Assembly (NCBI GenBank): GCA_051530055.1
Contig: CM121342.1
Location: forward strand, 11,113,480 to 11,177,479
Reading direction: 5' to 3'
DNA: 64,000 nucleotides
Origin: Neoechinorhynchus agilis
Taxonomy: Eukaryota > Animalia > Acanthocephala
Part shown: positions 10,622-21,906 of the stretch, in pieces
Layout of the letters: every line of letters begins with the position of its first letter
How positions within the stretch are numbered: position 1 is the stretch's first letter
The notes under the pieces: generated by a model
What the model was told of the DNA's origin: nothing
The model's database searches: none
Seen by the model: only the letters and a program-made list of their open reading frames with translations
Translations under genes and position numbers: made by a program

Positions 10622-12391
10622 CGACAAATTCTCCTGAAAGATTTGCTAATAAAAGCTTTATCGCCTATTTTATGGTGAGACGACTGGCGGCCATTGGTCG
10701 GATTTTTTAATTGTCACTAAGATTTTATGATTCTTTAACACTATAAAAACAACAATCGAGTTCATCTTTATTTCGATAAAAATGTATTGTTGCCATTCTA
10801 CCCACTAACTAATGATTTTGATTCCACTGAACGTTCAAAAGTATTTTTAACTTTTGCATACACTGGTTCAATTAATTCTTTATGTTTTTTGTTTGCCACA
10901 TGATTAATCATCTTTTCTAATATTTCAATGATTTGTGATGCTTGAACTTCTTCAGCTGTTATTTCCTTTGCCATTATTTCCTGGAACATTCGTCGAATCC
11001 AGTCTAGATTCCATATCCTGTAATCCTTATAAAGTCCAATACGTAATCCTCTGCAATAAAAGGACAAATCATGATTAATTGGTTTAGGTGGTTCTTCGGT
11101 CCTTTCAATGGCCTTGGAACTTTTCTCACTCTGCGATGATCCTGCAGATTTAACAATCTTCTCTTTTCTGGAAAATGATTTCCTGGCTTCACAATTAAAG
11201 ACGTATTTCCGGCGCTTTCGAGCAGCGCTAACGACTTCCTTCTGATCCAATGATTCAGACATTTTCGCTGATTTGTCGTCGACGCTTTGGACAGCGCTAG
11301 GTTCTTCGCTCATTGGAAATGTGCGCTTTCTCTTCAGCGAGGCTTTCAACTCCTCAGAACTTTTTGCTGCGGCTAATCTTGCCTCTCGGATTGTTTTGCC
11401 GAATTTGTCGGCCAATTTCTGTATGAGGTATTTATACCGAATGTTTTTTGTGTTATTGTTCATCTGCAACAACATCGGAACTACTCCTGCGCGCTGGATT
11501 TCCTCCGCGGAGAATTCTCCATAGATCATTTCTCCGAATACTCGGCATACCCAATCTCCGCTGATTATTGTAAAATTTTTGTCAATGCCGAAAGAGAGTT
11601 TATAGGCAATCTCTCCAAGCATTCCATTTCGCGTCGGCGTTTCTCCTCTTAAATTATCCCTTTTAGTTTTATCTTGTATCAATATTTTATCTTTATTGTT
11701 TACCGGCTTTCTGCTAATTTCAGCCGAGCCTTTAGAAATCTTTTCGTCACCACCTTCAGCCTTTGAATCAGCCCTTGTTTGACATTCACTGATGTTTGAG
11801 GATAATCTAACTTTGACTTCATGACTCGTATCCCGTGCCGGACGTTTGATTTCTGTATTTTCAAATGATTCTTCATTTTTTCTTTTGCGGTTCGCTTCAT
11901 TTTTATCTTCGGTTGAAACTTTCGTCATATCTGGAGCTGATTGAACGTTCGCAGGTCGAGTTCTCGTTTCGTCTTCTTTGCCGATATTCGTTTCTTGAGC
12001 CTTGTTCATCGATAGGACTTTTATGTGAGTGATATGATCTCAGTTTGCTTCATTCACGTTGCGCTTTTGAGACGGGAAATCACATTGTGTTTGTGTTTTC
12101 TCAATAGTACATATTTGCTTGATTTTCCATATTTAATTGGCAAATAATAGAAAAACTAATTACAAAAATAATTCAACGCTCAAGACGGTAAAAAACAATT
12201 CCAAAAGTTTGCACAGAAAAAATTGATTCTTTATCACAGTATTATCCTGTGGACTAAATAAGCTCGGGCAACGGGTTCGCCTTTGTTAACTTGAGCCCCA
12301 TAGAAAGCGTACCACTGTTTTTCCCAATGGAAATTTAAAACTAATTCTGGCTTTGTTATTCCGTCCATCGCTTAAACTGAACAAGGCGATT
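10622..12391. repeat. About 1.8-kb direct segmental duplication unit, copy 1 (copy 2 at 14781-16558; partial copy 3 at 20416-20484 + 21816-21906)
   Basis: Both copies start GACAAATTCTCCTGAA and end ACAAGGCGATT, and both contain the 403-aa ORF plus its upstream region. Confidence 0.92.
10798..12009 (-). CDS. 403-aa protein with two tandem LEDGF-IBD / TFIIS-N-like helical domains and charged, NLS-rich linkers (copy 1)
   Basis: Intact ORF. Residues about 130-207 and 315-392 align to each other without gaps (L.L..G..K...I...DW..R.F.E....E..AEE.Q......L..M.N...N...K.LI...K...T). The second matches the LEDGF IBD as recalled (NLD; EIT vs QVT; LEK vs LKK; YAKVKNTF vs YNKFKNMF). Confidence 0.65.
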   Translation of the reverse strand: MNKAQETNIGKEDETRTRPANVQSAPDMTKVSTEDKNEANRKRKNEESFENTEIKRPARDTSHEVKVRLSSNISECQTRADSKAEGGDEKISKGSAEISRKPVNNKDKILIQDKTKRDNLRGETPTRNGMLGEIAYKLSFGIDKNFTIISGDWVCRVFGEMIYGEFSAEEIQRAGVVPMLLQMNNNTKNIRYKYLIQKLADKFGKTIREARLAAAKSSEELKASLKRKRTFPMSEEPSAVQSVDDKSAKMSESLDQKEVVSAARKRRKYVFNCEARKSFSRKEKIVKSAGSSQSEKSSKAIERTEEPPKPINHDLSFYCRGLRIGLYKDYRIWNLDWIRRMFQEIMAKEITAEEVQASQIIEILEKMINHVANKKHKELIEPVYAKVKNTFERSVESKSLVSG

Positions 12392-12599
12392 TGAGATAAG
12401 GTATTGAAGAAGGTATAGTTGACTAATCAAGTTCCCAATATAGAGGATCTTTATTAAGTACGCCACGCGATTCTATGCTGAAGGCTAAAATAATCTAAAG
12501 AATCCGTGGTTTAATTAACGGTTATTAAGTAATGATTTTTAAGGTGCTGAACAACTTCTTTGATTTTATTAACATTCACCGGTTACACACGCAACAACA

Positions 12600-14452
12600 A
12601 AATTTTTCAACAATCACCATCGTCCACGAAGAAGAGGCATCTCGCTCCCCTCAGTGGTCGCGACCACACTCGCTGCGTTTCCTCTTTGGATCGCGAGACC
12701 AATGTTTTAGCGCAGGAAGGCACCAGCTCTTGTATTTCCTGTCTTGGCCTGGAGTCTACTCGATAACTACTCCGTAAATTTAAGTGCCGAGCTATCGAGC
12801 GCACCAAGAGTCTAAACTCCAAAGGGTACAAAAACGTGTCACTTACTTAATTTTCTATATTTCGCCACCTTTCGTTCCTCCGCGGCAGTAGCCGCTCCCC
12901 TGGGGACTGCACCACAAACCTCCTGTTACTTGCCGCGAACGTGTCTACACACGTGGCGTCCCAGAGAAAACATTTGCCTTCTCGCCACGGGAATAGGGTG
13001 ACGCCATCCGGACGACGACCATCGAGTCGGCACAGATTACTTAGTTCTGAAATGTTTGGGATGTTCACCGTATTCAGGGCACTCGAAATTACGTCGTAAA
13101 CGGCCCCCTGACTTGTTGCAAACAAGGCAATGTCTCCCCAATGGATCCACGATCATTCCACGCTGGCAACGATGTTCGACACAAATCCGTAGTTCTAATC
13201 TGAGGGAAACTCCGATCCGAACTGCTTCGTCTACGAGGAGTGTTCCTGCGAATGCAATGGGTAGGGCTTCTAACCATGCTCCCGATTCTCTTGTAGAGAC
13301 TGCCAGCAATTTAGCCCGGTCGACCTCGTCGCGAGAGCCTGAAATTAGAGAACTGTGAGCTCGGGCGACTAAAGATTTATCCCAGATAGACTGCTTCAGG
13401 CCATTGTTCTGCATTTAGGCGTTTATTCAACAAAAAAACCGCGAACTAACAATCTTGCAAATGGACGCGAGCACGTACATGTCCATACACACGATCAGTA
13501 TATGTGAAATGCGCGCTGTCGTCGTCACGTTCGCCATCACAGCCATTCCCGGGAACTTGGTTGTAACCCGTCTTCTCCCACCATTCCTTGATCGCTACTA
13601 GAAATTCGTCCGCTAAACAGAACTTGGTTCTCAACATAGGTTTTACCAGATCCCGGCTCCCTTCGAATGATACTGTTTTTCGAATACCTAAGCCACCGAA
13701 TGTCACCAGGCCTCGTCTGATAGCTGGACATTTAAAATGTGCTCGAGACACGCCTTCACAATGTCATCGAGCTTCTTTAACTTATCGGCGTGCTTGAAGA
13801 AGGAAGCCATGCGCAGTTTATAAAGTAGTTTCGGGATGAAGACGGTATTCTTGATCAGGAATAGAGCCCCGTATGACGAAAGTTCCCGCACTCTATCGCA
13901 CGCATCGTGATGTTCGGGAGTGGATGGCCGATTTCATTTTCCACATTTGAATCAAAAGCGCAGCTCCCTAGAAGACTCAGCCGGTCTAGAGTGATCAAGA
14001 AACTTTCCTCAAAGGATACGAGGCGTCTTTTGATTACCGCAGTGAGGGACGCCCCCGAACTATCGCCAGCGGAAAGTACTAGTCTGGGGAAAGCAAAGAG
14101 CCGTGTCCAAGAGGAGTCAGAATTTTGCTCGAAGCAGTCCAGCAGAAGTGTGGTGAATCCTTTAGCTACTAGATATCGTACTCCCGGCGTCATCGGGGAG
14201 CGTCGACGGATTTTTTGGTGTTGCAGGTTGAAGCGATCGCGGGATTTGACCAGATCCCAACAACGTGATTTGACGGCCCATGAATGCGCAAAACCCCCAA
14301 TTTCGCGATTGAAAAAGAATCTAAACAAACGGGGCGGTGTCCAGGTAGCGTTGGGTGTTTCTTTGGTCTTTTCATTTGGTTCGCTTCGCTCGGGTACGGC
14401 ATCGGTGTCGTCGGTGGTGGAGGCGGCATTGCGGAATATCGTTGAAGACCGA
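12600..14452 (-). mobile_element. Internally deleted, degenerate CRE-type element (RT core missing)
   Basis: The N-terminal finger (PVCLDSF...RIHGP) and WTRLFAFPRLVL run directly into RLSLLGSC, with no QGDP/YLDD block. GGLGIRK, ESGAWL, RPDG, WDATCVDT and IQRGNAASV follow across frameshifts. Confidence 0.85.
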
Positions 14453-14728
14453 AAAATCGGACAACCTAAAAATTAAGTTGTAGGCAAATCATTTAATTTT
14501 ATGCATCATTAGAATACGAGCGACGTATTTCGACTTTCTCCGTCCGTGATTTACGTTGGCTTAAAACAAGAACTTCAATTTTCCAGAACTTTTGAAAGAT
14601 TGAAAAAGGTCTCCAAAGTTGTCCATTGGTTATTGTTTTTCCGGTAGGACAATTTGTTTTCTTGTCCTCAAAATTTTGGGAGCTAAGACTCAAAGAGTTT
14701 TATTGTATTTTTGATAAAACCAAAAGGA
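14453..14728 (+). repeat. Diverged copy of the segment next to the palindrome centre (2336-2576), with an extra ~40 nt
   Basis: AAAAATCGGACAAC ... CCAAAAGGA is shared at both loci. Confidence 0.85.
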
Positions 14729-14959
14729 CGCATTGTTACCTTGAAACATATCAACTAACCCACACGAGTTTAGGAGTAAAGACAAATTCTCCTGAACGAT
14801 TTGTTAATGGAAGCTTTTTCGGCTATTTTATCGTTGGACCACTGACAGCTATTGGTTGGATTTTCTAATTGTCGCTATGATTTTAACTGTGAATCTTTTA
14901 CACTCTAAACACGAAAATTGAGTTCATCTTTATTTCGATAAAAATGTCTTGTTGCCATT

Positions 14960-16171
14960 CTACCCACTAACTATTGATTTTGATTCCACTGAACTTTCAA
15001 GGGTATTTTTAACTTGTGCATAAACTGGTTCAATTAATTCTTTATGTTTTTTGTTTGCCACGTGATTAATCATCTTTTCTAATATTTCAATGATTTGGGA
15101 TGCTTGAACTTCTTCAGCTGTTATTTCCTTTGCCATTATTTCCTGGAACATTCGTCGAATCCAGTCTAGATTCCATATCCTGTAATCCTTATAAAGTCCA
15201 ATACGTAATCCTCTGCAATAAAAGGACAAATCATGATTGATTGGTTTAGGTGGTTCCTTGGTCCTTTCAATGGCCTTGGAACTTTTCTCACTCTGCGATG
15301 ATCCTGCAGATTTAACAATCTTCTCTTTTCTGGGAAATGATTTCCTGGCTTCACAATTAAAGACGTATTTCCGGCGCTTTCGGGCAGCGCTAACGACTTC
15401 CTTCTGATCCAATGATTCAGACATTTTCGCTGATTTGTCGTCGACGCTTTGGGCAGCGCTAGCTTCTTCGTTCATTGGAAATGTGCGCTTTCTCTTCAGC
15501 GAGGCTTTCAACTCCTCAGAACTTTTTGCTGCGGCTAATCTTGCCTCTCGGATTGTTTCGCCGAATTTGTCGGCCAATTTCTGTATGAGGTATTTATACC
15601 GAATGTTTTTTGTGTTATTGTTCATCTGCAACAACATCGGAACTACTCCTGCGCGCTGGATTTCCTCCGCGGAGAATTCTCCATAGATCATTTCTCCGAA
15701 TACTCGGCATACCCAATCTCCGCTGATTATTGTAAAATTTTTGTCAATGCCGAAAGAGAGTTTATAGGCAATCTCTCCAAGCATTCCATTTCGCGTCGAC
15801 GTTTCTCCTCTTAAATTATCCTTGTTGGTTTTTTCTTGCATCAATATTTTATCTTTATTGTTTACCGTCTTTCTGCTAATTTCAGCCGTGCCTTTAGAAA
15901 TCTTTTCATCACCACCTTCAGCCTTTGAGTCAGCCTTTATTTGCCATTCACTGATGTTTGAGGATAATTGGACTTTGACTTCATGACTCGTATCCCGTGC
16001 CGAACGTTTGATTTCTGCATTTTCAAAAGATTCTTCATTTTTTCTTTTGCGGTTCGCTACATTTTTATCTTCGGTTGAAACTTTCGTCATATATGGAGCT
16101 GACTGAACATTCGCAGGTCGAGTTCTCGTTTCTTCTTCTTTGCCGATATTGGTTTCTTGAGCCTTGTTCAT
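14960..16171 (-). CDS. 403-aa double IBD-like protein (copy 2)
   Basis: Intact ORF of identical length; I count 26 amino-acid differences from copy 1. Confidence 0.65.
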   Translation of the reverse strand: MNKAQETNIGKEEETRTRPANVQSAPYMTKVSTEDKNVANRKRKNEESFENAEIKRSARDTSHEVKVQLSSNISEWQIKADSKAEGGDEKISKGTAEISRKTVNNKDKILMQEKTNKDNLRGETSTRNGMLGEIAYKLSFGIDKNFTIISGDWVCRVFGEMIYGEFSAEEIQRAGVVPMLLQMNNNTKNIRYKYLIQKLADKFGETIREARLAAAKSSEELKASLKRKRTFPMNEEASAAQSVDDKSAKMSESLDQKEVVSAARKRRKYVFNCEARKSFPRKEKIVKSAGSSQSEKSSKAIERTKEPPKPINHDLSFYCRGLRIGLYKDYRIWNLDWIRRMFQEIMAKEITAEEVQASQIIEILEKMINHVANKKHKELIEPVYAQVKNTLESSVESKSIVSG

Positions 16172-16558
16172 CGATATTACTTTTATGGGAGTGATATGAT
16201 CTCAGTGTGCATCATTCACGTTGCGCTTTTGAGACGGGTAATCACATTGTGTTTGTGTTTTCTCAATAGTACATATTTACTTGATTTTCCATATTTATTG
16301 AAGTGACAAATAATAGAAAAACTAATTACGAAAATAATTTAAAGCTCAAGACGGTAAAAAACAATTCCAAAAGTTTGCATAGAAAAAATGGATTCTTTAT
16401 CACAGTATTATCCCGTGGACTAAATAAGCTCGGGCAACGGGTGCGCATTTGTCCACTTGAGCCCCATAGAAAGCGTACCACTGTTTTTCCCAATGGAAAT
16501 TTAAAACTAATTCTGGCTTTGTTATTCCGTCCATCGGTTAAACTTAACAAGGCGATTA

Positions 16559-17000
16559 TATATATAACGGCGTGGCCGAATACCCATTATTGTTATTGAG
16601 ACTCACCATTTCATATTCACCCCTTTGCCGACTGTAGACTTGGTGGGGGTCCGCAAAAACGTTATCCGTTATAACCACCTTATCTTCTTTATTTTCTGAG
16701 CAGTTTTCCTTCAGATTCCTTCTTTGGTGGGGGGTCAGAAAAACATTATCATCAATAACAACCTTTTTCTCCGGGTAACGTGGATATCGCACACACTCAT
16801 AACTAACTTTAGCAGGATCTTCACCCACTTCCATTCCTCTTTCTATAGAAGGTTCCTTCGCATTATCATAATCAACCTCCATCTGACCCCCTTTTCGGTC
16901 ATCCGGAGGATCGGGGTCCCATAAATCTCGATCATTCGAACTTTGTGTCAGAGCGCAGTTTTTTAACAAAAAAAATTGCGCGACATGTGATTAATGTACC
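16559..17000 (-). mobile_element. 442-bp non-autonomous LINE-like mini-element with 11-bp TSD CAAGGCGATTA
   Basis: TSD at 16548-16558 and 17001-17011; LINE-family head (TCACA..TCGCG..TGCGCT..GATCCTCCGGAT); short ORF with DPDPPD; (TA)n 3' tail. Confidence 0.65.
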
Positions 17001-17018
17001 CAAGGCGATTAAGTAAAT

Positions 17019-19194
17019 CACAAAAAAACTGTGCGCTATTTTTTGTTTAATTTTGCGCTCTGATAAAATCAAAGAAACAGCCTAGTAAGCAGCCGATATC
17101 TTCTCTGAAAGGTTAGTATATTGGAAGATATGGCCACTACACTTTCCGGTTCAAGTTTTCCTCTGGTTTCGGACGTAGTTATTTCCCCCATGTGTGATTG
17201 TGAAGTTAGGAATGATTGTGCCCCAGTTTCTAACATTATTAAACGTCCAACCAAGAAGGATGATTTTGTTGTGAAGATCTCAAAGGAAGCTTTGGGTACC
17301 AGATCACCTGCTGAGCTTACTCGAACCTATTTTTCACGTTATTTGGTCCCTGGCGGCAAAGCTTCTCTTAGGCATTTCAACATCAAGAGGTTATTCGCTG
17401 CCAAGTTTCATATTATCTTCTGTTTTTTCGATGCGGAAGGGAGGGACTTATTTTTCAAAATGTTGACGGGCTTGGATATTACGTTTGTTGATCTTTCAAG
17501 AAGGGTGACCATTAGAATGTTTAATGCGCCTCAAAAACTGGATGCAGAAGGTTTTCGATTGGTGGAGAAGGAATTAGGTGTGAAACCGATGAAATACCTA
17601 TTCAGTCCAAATACGGTTTCAGCATATGCACTTCTTTGTTCTGCCCCGGTGGAGACTGCAGACATATTGGCTTCCTCAGGTCGTGCTATCATGTCACACT
17701 GGGTTACCCTCTACAGGCATCAGGAATGAATTTACGACTTCAACCTGACTATATGCCAAAAATGCTCTGTATGGGGACATACAGAATCAGGCTGCAAGTC
17801 TTCGCCGAGATGCATCTTTTGCGCTGGCTCCCACCATGAAAGGGACCGTAAGGCACAGGATAATCCTCTCTGCGCAAATTGTGGAAAGAGACACCCAGCT
17901 TTTGCTAGGAAGTGCAAGTTTGCACATTCCTACCTCACACAATACTTCATGGATACAGAGAATAGTAAGGGCTGGGCTACTTACAATCCTCATCCAGTTC
18001 ACAGTGCTGTTAACCGTATGAACAATATTAAATTTGTTCAAAAAATTCTTATTCAGCTTGACTGGATATAACCTTTTTATACAAAGCTCTAGAGGAGCTA
18101 AAAATTCCTCTGAATCTTATATATAAAATTAATTACTTACTTGAATCAAATTCCTTTTATTGTGAGGTGGATCCCTCAAAAACCAAATTCTTTTTCCGTT
18201 TGGGGGTCCCCAAGGCTCTTAAGTATCCCCTACTCTTTTCCTTATCTGCCTTATTTTTATCTTTAAGAAATTGAAACTACCCAGGGGTATCTTTCCTCCG
18301 ATATATGCAGACGATATCTTTCTCTGCAACATTCAAGCAGCTCTGAGTATCCTTAGCTCAGAGTTGAAATTGGCTAATCTTGCCATCAATGCCAATAAAA
18401 CTTTTTTTATCCTCCTCACTAACTCGCTCTCTTCTAGGAAAGTTTTAATCAATAATTTAATTAATTACCACAATTTTAACTCCTCCAACATTAAGAAATT
18501 TACCAGGGTTCTAGGAATCGACTTCCCCTCCAAGACATTTAGATTTTTAATTAATTCATCGATTAATAATACCTTTCTAAAAATCAAATATGTTCTTAAT
18601 AGTGCCAAATATCTTGATTTGAATTTTAACATTATATTACCCGTTCTAAAAGCTCTCATAGGAGGCTCTATCTGTTTTTTCGGGAGAGGTCGCCCTCCTG
18701 AACTTAGGTTTTCCTTCTTTTTTAGATGTTTTAATAAGCTTCATAAACTTATCAAATTATAATCTTATCCATGAGCCTCTTTTATCTTTCCTCTCACGCT
18801 TATTTTTGGGAAAAATCTTATTCTTCCCTTCATTTTCTAATAAAGGTAAGTTCTTTATATCTAATGAACAGGTATTCTACTTTCCTTCTCCTTCTAACCC
18901 TAACTTCAACGCACAATGCTCCAACACAATTCGATTGGAATTCAATGATGCACACACTTTTTTTACAATAAGTAATTTCTTAATGGATAAAGATAGGAAA
19001 TGGTTAATGGCAAGAAAGTAATACTACCAGGATAAAAATTAATCTGGTCTTTTGGTCCTCCGAGGCTGTCTGAGATCGACCTAATACCTGAGGTCCAATA
19101 GAGCAGACGAAGGACCAACGATAACTTCTAGACCAACGAAAAACCCTAATTGTTATCTTACTAGTTGTATGGCCGTGTTTAATAAATAAATAAA
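17019..19194 (+). mobile_element. Internally deleted LINE (ORF1 + RT 3' part + (TAAA)n tail) with 11-bp TSD ATTAAGTAAAT
   Basis: TSD at 17008-17018 and 19195-19205; ORF 17121-17729; GGPQGS remnant at about 18200; IYADDIF and VLGIDF in 18271-18762; AATAAATAAATAAA tail. Confidence 0.8.
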
Positions 19195-19219
19195 ATTAAG
19201 TAAATGCAGTTGAACACTT

Positions 19220-20400
19220 ATCACACATCGCGAACAAAGGTTCGTTCATGCGCGCTAATATAGTTGGGAACAAAAATTGCGCTAAAGCGAAACCAAAGGA
19301 AAAGGTACCACCAGATCCTCCGGATATTCGAGGGAGAATTATGATAAAGAACAACAACAAGGTTGATTTGTCTGCAAGTGAGAAGGGAGTTCTCGCCGGT
19401 AGGCTTCGGTTAAAGCCCGTGGCACATCCCCGTTTAAAGCATTACATCGTGAACCCACTAGTCTTGATTTTTGGTTCCATCCTCAGACTCTTCTCCCCCG
19501 CCCAACTGGGTGAGCAATTCTTCATCTTTCTTCAGAGAATCTCTTAGCCCTCAGAAGCTGGATCACATTTCTCATGACGATTTGGTTCCTGGTCTTATCA
19601 AAGAAATTAACCAACTAAGAGAACTAGTGAGATCTTTTATCCAAATTATTAAAATAAATATCCTGGCCATCCCAAATAAAAATGACAGTTCGGTTTATAC
19701 AATTTACTAAGCAATTAAGAGGCCACACTCCCCTCCTCTCAAGGAAATTGATTTAATAAGCAAGCGAGGGAGATCCTCGTCGTTCTCCGAGTAAATTACT
19801 AGCTCCCCTGGATTCACCTTCTCAACCTATAATGCTTCTAGAGCTTCGTACATACCTTCTAAAAAATTTTCAAATCGTATCAGATACTTTGGCAGATATA
19901 CTATTTTTTCAGGAGTCGGGATTTCGTACTCTTGTTAGTCTTCAAATATTTTAAGTTGTTGTGCCGAATCCCATGTCATCCTCGGGAAACTTGTTAATGG
20001 GCTTCTACGGTGGTTTACAAACTTTTGTTAAAAAGTCCCTAAAACCTAAAATGTTATTTCAACTCAAGAATGATATATTTGCAATACAAAAAATTGCTAT
20101 TAGTAACCCGCTTTACTCTATTAATCCATCAACAGGCGAAATACTCATCATAGCGAATTTTTATGCCGTGCCTAGGAAAGCGAGCTGCTTTATAAAGAGC
20201 TACATAAATATAATTACTTTATGGGACCCTGACATCATTTGTGGTGATTTTAGCAGCAATGGCCTTTGTGCCTTTATTTCCTTTTTCAAGGAATATCGAG
20301 TGCTCCTCTCTGAGTATCCATTTTTCATAATTATACTAAGAACCATCATTCCTTTTTCAGGGAATATCGAGTGCTCCTCTCTGAGTATCCATCCTGCGAT
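19220..20400 (+). mobile_element. 5' part of an APE-type LINE (ORF1 start + endonuclease), 3'-truncated
   Basis: PPDPPD ORF 19248-19547; degenerate APE motifs TYNA (about 19830), DILFFQES (about 19895), IANFY and IICGDF (ORF 19961-20431). Confidence 0.7.
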
Positions 20401-20484
20401 TCGACTAAAGGAGCATGTGTGTTCTCAATAGTACATATTTACTTGATTTTCCATATTTATTGAATTGACAAATAATAGAAAAAA

Positions 20485-21815
20485 GGCTGCACCTAATATC
20501 CGACTTATCACCAAGTCCAGCTTAGAACTGCTGGGAAGCTGCGTGCTCGAGGAGAATATGCAGGCCGAGATCAGGAAAATCAGACCTTCCATTGATCTCA
20601 TCTGTTCAAGGGCCTCTGAACTTTTCCCTCACGATGCTCTCTTCCTTTTAAAAAATTGCATCTTCATTCCACGCATCCTCCATAAACTGCGGTCAACCCC
20701 TTCCTTTCAATGTCAGCCCGAATTGAGAGAGATTGATGGTTCTTTAAGGGATGGTCTATGTAAGATCCTTAATATTAAGCTCCCCGACACTGGCTGGACC
20801 CAGGCATCTTTGCCCACAAGCTACGGAGGGATCGGTATTCGTGCCAGCTCAGCCATTGCGCTTCCAGCCTTTCTATCGTCTCTTAGTAGGTCCAAGTGCC
20901 TTTCCAGATTGATTTAGAGACATAATTTTGAGGAGGACATCAACCTGGAGCCCGCTCTTCATCTTTGGATGTCCCTGTCTAACCTCGACAAGATTCCAGA
21001 CCTCCCGGAGAAACAGAAATCGTGGGACATTCCGTTAGTGGAGCGTGTTCACACCTCACTTTTTGACTCGCTCTCCGACGTGGATAGAACGCGATTAACT
21101 GCAGTTTCCTGCAAAGAGTCCGGCGCCTGGTTGAAAGCTGTACCATCAGCAAATCTCGGTTCGAGATTAGACGGCGAGGCTCTCAGAATCGCCGTGTCTC
21201 TGAGGCTCGGGCTCCCGGTTTGTATCCCTCACACCTGCCGATGCGGGACGGAAGTTGACCCCTCGCGCAGGCACGGATTAGCCTGTAAACGCTCAAGTGG
21301 CCGTTTTGCTAGACACGCCGAAATAAACGCATTGCTGAGCCGCGCTTTGAAAACGGCTAACTCTCCGAATATCCTCGAGCCTAGCAACATCTGCAGGATC
21401 GATGGGCGTAGGCCGGATGGAGTTACCGTTTTTCCTTGGAGCAGGGGGAGATGTCTCCTATGAGACGCAACATGCGTCGACTCCCTTGCAGCCAGCAATC
21501 TGCGAGATGCATCCTCCGGGGCTGGGGGAGCCGCATCAGCAGCGGAGCTCCGTAAGGTTGCAAAATACGCTGATTTTACGAATTCTCATCATTTTGTCCC
21601 CTTCGCAGTGGAAACCTTAGAAGCTTTCGGACGTGCGGCGAGGAGTTTTGTTTTCGAACTGGGGCATCGACTGATCAACTCGACCAATGACAGGAGGGCT
21701 CGTTCGTTCCTAGTGCAGAACATATCCTTGGCTATCCAGCGAGGAAACGCAGCGAGCGTCTTGGGGACGGTGAAGTACGATTGAGAATAATAAAAGTTGT
21801 TCCTCTGATAAAAAA
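20485..21815 (+). mobile_element. 5'-truncated CRE-type element inserted into the third copy of the IBD-gene upstream region
   Basis: ORFs 20465-20917 and 20969-21463 plus an IQRGNAASVLG end (stop 21782-21784) and poly-A. The flanks 20416-20484 and 21816-21906 rejoin to match 16250-16415. Confidence 0.88.
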
Positions 21816-21906
21816 AATTACAAAAATAATTTAAAGCTCAAGACGGTAAAAACAATTCCAAAAGTTTGCATAGAAAAAATAGATTCTTTATCACAATGTT
21901 ATCCTG

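Noticed and set aside
20280-20392. 42-bp direct repeat spaced 71 bp apart; CRISPR-like or regulatory repeat considered
   Set aside because: Only two units at a LINE truncation junction; a local duplication scar. No CRISPR array is present in the window.
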